This document shows positions 60,072 through 64,000 of a stretch of DNA of 64,000 nucleotides, piece by piece. Origin of the DNA: Microthyrium microscopicum (lineage: Eukaryota); NCBI GenBank assembly GCA_010405405.1, contig MU004230.1, forward strand, positions 1,522,627 through 1,586,626. Reading direction: 5' to 3'. Under the pieces are notes generated by a model. The model had not been told where the DNA came from. It searched no databases and worked only from the letters and a program-made list of their open reading frames with translations. The translations under genes were made by a program, and so were the position numbers. Positions within the stretch are counted from its first letter, which is position 1; each line of letters begins with the position of its first letter.

Positions 60072-62690
60072 ATGAACTATCCTCCAGACGCCGCTCAGCA
60101 GCTTGTCACTGCGACACAGCTTGACCAACAATTAAGCACCCATCGCCAACGCAATTTACGCCGCTTCCGCACCGAACTCGGTTCCATTATTGACAAATAC
60201 TCCAAGGACTTCAAAGGTATTGGTGACGAGATCGATCTTGAAACTGGAGCCATAGTCGTTGACAACGGTCACATCCGGGCAATGGCCGACGAGAGAGACG
60301 AATACGGTCGCAATGACCTCGAGGACGAGGACGACTATGAAGAAGAAGAAGAAGAGGAAGAATATGAGGAGGAGGAGCAGGAACAGGAGCAGCCACCACC
60401 GCGTCGACGAATTGTATATGATAGTGAAGATGAATATCTTCAGGAAGACGATGATGAGGATATACCCTCACCTACATTCAGCGACAAGGAAAATCATAGG
60501 CCGGTGTTTGGTGAAATGACAACACAAGACGCATCTGACCAGCCTTCACCTTCACAATCTCCCGAACCTGCTCCTGCTCCTGCGCCTGCACCGGCAATGC
60601 AGCCTGAAGTTGCTGATGTCTTGTTACATTTCATAGAGGCTGCGAAGCGCATGGAGCCACTGCTTGCAAAATACTCTCGCAATCATGCAGATCTGCAACA
60701 CTATTGGGACGCAGCACCCACTACAGAAGGTCGTCGACAACCTGATCCTCATGAAGAGTGGCGTGCCAGCAAAAGGCAGAGAGTGGAGGGAGCATCTAGA
60801 TCTCACCGCGAGAATCACTCATCGCATCCAAACGGTCATAGTGCAACCTCCCATCCTTATACCGGTTATGATCACTCTCGTCAGCAGCAACGGCCATTAC
60901 CGCAGACTCCCGGCCATAACTTTCTGGATGGCCCTGGCGACGGTACTCGCGCTGGCGCTCTTAGTGACGAGGCTTTTTATGCTCGAGCGAATACACCCGG
61001 TATGCCATCTCTTTGGGAATCAGAGTCAGATCATCCATATGGACAAATGATAAATGGAAAGAAACCGAAAAGAAAAATAAATACAGCAGCTCTTCACAAA
61101 GTGCGGGCACCCGATGGACGATTTACGCCACTAGATTCGAACAGAGTCTCAAGACTACGCAATGAAATCGGTGACAGCGATGGTGATGGAAATATCCGAG
61201 ACGGGTCTGATGGTTCTTTGGACCAGTCTTCGACAGATCTGCCTGGAGGAAGTCGATCTGCGCGTTCCCGCAGAAAGAAAAATTCGGGACCACCAGTCAA
61301 AACAGGTCGTCCACCAGCATTGTTTACTTCTGAAGAAGATACGCTACTATTGCAGCTTTTCGCGAGCGGTCTATCATGCCGGGAAGTTACAGACCATTTT
61401 CCGGGCAGAAGCAGCCGCCAAGTGCGATATCATTTTCAACATCATCTATCTGGGACCCTCCCTATTCGTTCCTCTGTTGACCGCCAGTTTGAGCAGGGTC
61501 TGGATTCAGCATTACCACAGCTCCCTAATCAATATAGAAGCTTCACGCATAACGATCCAACGGCGCCACAAACTGCTCAGCCTGTACAGGCTGAAAGAAT
61601 GCAGCTTGCTGCTCGTCCTGCGTCATCACCATATGGTGTCCCATTCCAGCCTCAAAGACTTCCATCAGTCACGCGAGAAGTGCGTGCAGCATCATTCACA
61701 CCGTATGGCCAGCCATTTCAGCCTACTCGTTCGACCGTCTCCCCGTACGGCGCACCATTTCAGGCCCCAACGGCTCGCCTACCCCACGAGCCACCATCAA
61801 CACCGTCCATCCCAGTGGATCCTCTGTTAAGCTCTTCAACATCGCCACCTGAGACTTCGATTGCTGCCCCAAAGCAGGTCCAGGAGCCAACCATTTTGCC
61901 GTTGCCAAGCCAAAATCCGGCAGCGATGTCAAAAGTTCAACGACGGCTTCTCCCTCGTCCAGCCTCCTCTTCTTCACTAGGTGAAGTTCCTTCAGCCATA
62001 ACGAGGACTATGGGTCATGTCGATCCTTCTGCGCCCGCTTATTCTTCACCCGGTCGAGTTCCTGTGGCTATTGCAAAGGCAAGACCGCAAATTCCAAGGT
62101 TCAGCTCTTCTTCGTCACCCGGACAAGTACATGTAGCAGCCCCCAAGGCTAGAGAACAAGTTGATCCTCGTTTAACCCCATCGTCTTCACCCGGTCAATT
62201 ACCTCTGGCCTCATCAAAGGCCAAGGCAGCAATGGAAGATCAACCCACGTATTCTTCTTCTTCGTCTGATAAAGCCTCTACAGCAACCCTCAAAGCAAAG
62301 GGACTAGCGGAAGATCGGCGAAGCTCGTTATCGTCCGTTGGTCAAGCCGCCGCAGCCAAGCCAAAAATGAAAGAACCAGCTAGTCGTCCTAGCAGCCAAT
62401 CCAAGTCAGCTACTAATGTTGCAAAACGAACCAAGTCTACCCCTACAAAGTCTTCTGAGAAGTCATTAACCCCTCGGCGGGTCAGCTCCACTCCTGGGCG
62501 AGTTCGAATATCGCAGTTGATGTACGAATTGAGATCAGAAGACGAGGATGATGAAGACGAGCCTGCTCAGATTGAAGACACTGCAGGTGAGACATCTCAA
62601 TACGAAGAGGAGACTGAGGACGAAGACATTCTCTTGATATCGGCGCCACAAGCTTTGCGCAAGAAACAGCCAAAAACTGCAATACGATAA
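60072..62690 (+). CDS. SCM3: Scm3/HJURP-domain centromeric histone (CENP-A) chaperone with a Myb/SANT-like domain
   Basis: Scm3 domain RRFRTELGSIIDKYSKDFKGIGDEIDLETGAIVVDNGHIRAM. Myb-like FTSEEDTLLLQL...FPGRSSRQVRYHF. Confidence 0.82.
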   Translation: MNYPPDAAQQLVTATQLDQQLSTHRQRNLRRFRTELGSIIDKYSKDFKGIGDEIDLETGAIVVDNGHIRAMADERDEYGRNDLEDEDDYEEEEEEEEYEEEEQEQEQPPPRRRIVYDSEDEYLQEDDDEDIPSPTFSDKENHRPVFGEMTTQDASDQPSPSQSPEPAPAPAPAPAMQPEVADVLLHFIEAAKRMEPLLAKYSRNHADLQHYWDAAPTTEGRRQPDPHEEWRASKRQRVEGASRSHRENHSSHPNGHSATSHPYTGYDHSRQQQRPLPQTPGHNFLDGPGDGTRAGALSDEAFYARANTPGMPSLWESESDHPYGQMINGKKPKRKINTAALHKVRAPDGRFTPLDSNRVSRLRNEIGDSDGDGNIRDGSDGSLDQSSTDLPGGSRSARSRRKKNSGPPVKTGRPPALFTSEEDTLLLQLFASGLSCREVTDHFPGRSSRQVRYHFQHHLSGTLPIRSSVDRQFEQGLDSALPQLPNQYRSFTHNDPTAPQTAQPVQAERMQLAARPASSPYGVPFQPQRLPSVTREVRAASFTPYGQPFQPTRSTVSPYGAPFQAPTARLPHEPPSTPSIPVDPLLSSSTSPPETSIAAPKQVQEPTILPLPSQNPAAMSKVQRRLLPRPASSSSLGEVPSAITRTMGHVDPSAPAYSSPGRVPVAIAKARPQIPRFSSSSSPGQVHVAAPKAREQVDPRLTPSSSPGQLPLASSKAKAAMEDQPTYSSSSSDKASTATLKAKGLAEDRRSSLSSVGQAAAAKPKMKEPASRPSSQSKSATNVAKRTKSTPTKSSEKSLTPRRVSSTPGRVRISQLMYELRSEDEDDEDEPAQIEDTAGETSQYEEETEDEDILLISAPQALRKKQPKTAIR

Positions 62691-62734
62691 GAGTTGTACT
62701 CTGTTCGTTTAGTGTCGCCATTGTTGTTGAGGTA

Positions 62735-64000
62735 TCATGCATTCAGTACAGCATCTAGCGAGAGTTCGTCATCATTGCCAACAGCGCCAACCTGATCCCA
62801 GAATTTGCTTAGATGTCGAGTTCCTATAGCAAGCAGTTAGTACAATATCATGTTAAGCAGGGAAGATTCTCTTCAGAATATCACATACCTGAATCGCATA
62901 GAATCGTGACAATCCGGTGTCCTTTCCCTAGTTCTAGAGCCAGTTTTGTTGCAGCCACACAGTTTACGGCACTGGAGCTGCCAACGAAGATACCGTCTTT
63001 CTCAACAAGCCATCTCGCCATAGCTTTAGCTTGCTCGTCGGTTACGCGAATTGCATCCGTGACCAATTCACGCCCGGCCTCGAAGTTGTTTGTCACGCGA
63101 TTGATACCAATACCCTCAACGATCGTGTCGACTTGGTGCCTCCGTCTCGTGCCTTCTCGCTCCTTCGGGTCAAACATGACACCATACTTCACCCTATTGT
63201 ATAGCCCACTGCCTTCCGGATCAGCAAGGACTACCTTTACATCGGGAATCCTCGGCTTCAAATACAGCGCAACCCCAGAGATTGTTCCGCCCGTGCCAGC
63301 GCCTGCTACAAACGCATCGAGTCGACCGCCAACTTGCTTGTAAATCTCCGGCCCAGTTCCCTCGAAGTGCGCTCGCCAATTCGCCTCGTTCTCAAACTGG
63401 TCTGCAAACACCCCGTGTCCGGGTATGTCGTTTGAGGCAGTATGTTCGGCTGCTAGACGTCGTGCGCGGTTGACAAAGTGATCTTCTGATATTATAGGTG
63501 ATGGGCGGACGCGCTCGACTTCTGCACCCAGTTTGAGGAGGAGGTCGGACTTTTCTTTTGCCTGATCGTCGGGCATGCAGCTGGGTTGGGTCGGTTAGTG
63601 GTGGATTTGGGTGGCTTGGGGTTGGGGGATGTACATGTGTGCTAGATAGCCTCTGGCGCGACAGATGGCGGCGAGAGAGATCCCTTGAGGTGTTTAGAAC
63701 GTGGTTTGGGAGTAATGCATATTATGGTGGTTACCTGTACTGCCTACTGTGCCTTCATATATCTTGTCTCCGGAATATGGTCTCAGTACGCCTTCGTCTT
63801 CTGCGGCTTTGATGATGCTTAATGCTACGCGATCTTTTGGGCTATTGCCTGCGCCATTGAGAAACTGAACCACAATGTTAGCTACAAATTCCACAGCGCA
63901 AGTGCAAGATACTGACCTCTGCCTTAGCCAATATCTCACATCCTGTGGCTTCTGAAAGCGAGCGAATCTTGAACAGCGGTGTATTTCCTATACACCCTTC
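62735..64000 (-). CDS. Cysteine synthase-like PLP enzyme (5' end beyond the window); multi-exon
   Basis: IGNTPL, FLNGAGNSPKDRVA, EGTVGSTG, DQFENEAN, GAGTGGT, VEGIG and TILCDSG|TRHLSKFW. Confidence 0.9.

Overview
Gene-dense region of a filamentous ascomycete (Pezizomycotina) nuclear genome, with short (~45-55 nt) GT-AG introns carrying CTRAY branch sites and clear repeat-induced point mutation (RIP). About 21 protein-coding genes are supported, including TPC1, a WDR23/DCAF11-like WD40 protein, VPS64/FAR9 (SLMAP), MGR2, LIP2, YIP3/PRA1, a monoacylglycerol lipase, a REX1-type exonuclease, a HAD-IIA hydrolase, an amidase, a CLC channel, a KIC1/NAK1 kinase, ATG6, an Scm3-domain protein and a cysteine synthase-like gene. 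The most unusual feature is a tRNA-Asp(GTC) gene (19530-19727, minus) that forms a complete cloverleaf only after removing two spliceosomal-type introns (one in the D-loop, one in the T-stem) plus an ordinary anticodon-loop intron. Other highlights: a candidate -1 ribosomal frameshift extending YIP3 into a 254-codon Met-less ORF; a BNIP3/NIX-like protein architecture (N-terminal Atg8-interacting motif plus C-terminal membrane anchor); a 7.75-kb RIP-destroyed DD34E Tc1-like TIR transposon carrying cargo ORFs; a spliced GIY-YIG-like nuclease/zinc-finger gene; and a small TA-flanked MITE family. All calls were made by eye without database searches, so some exon boundaries are approximate.
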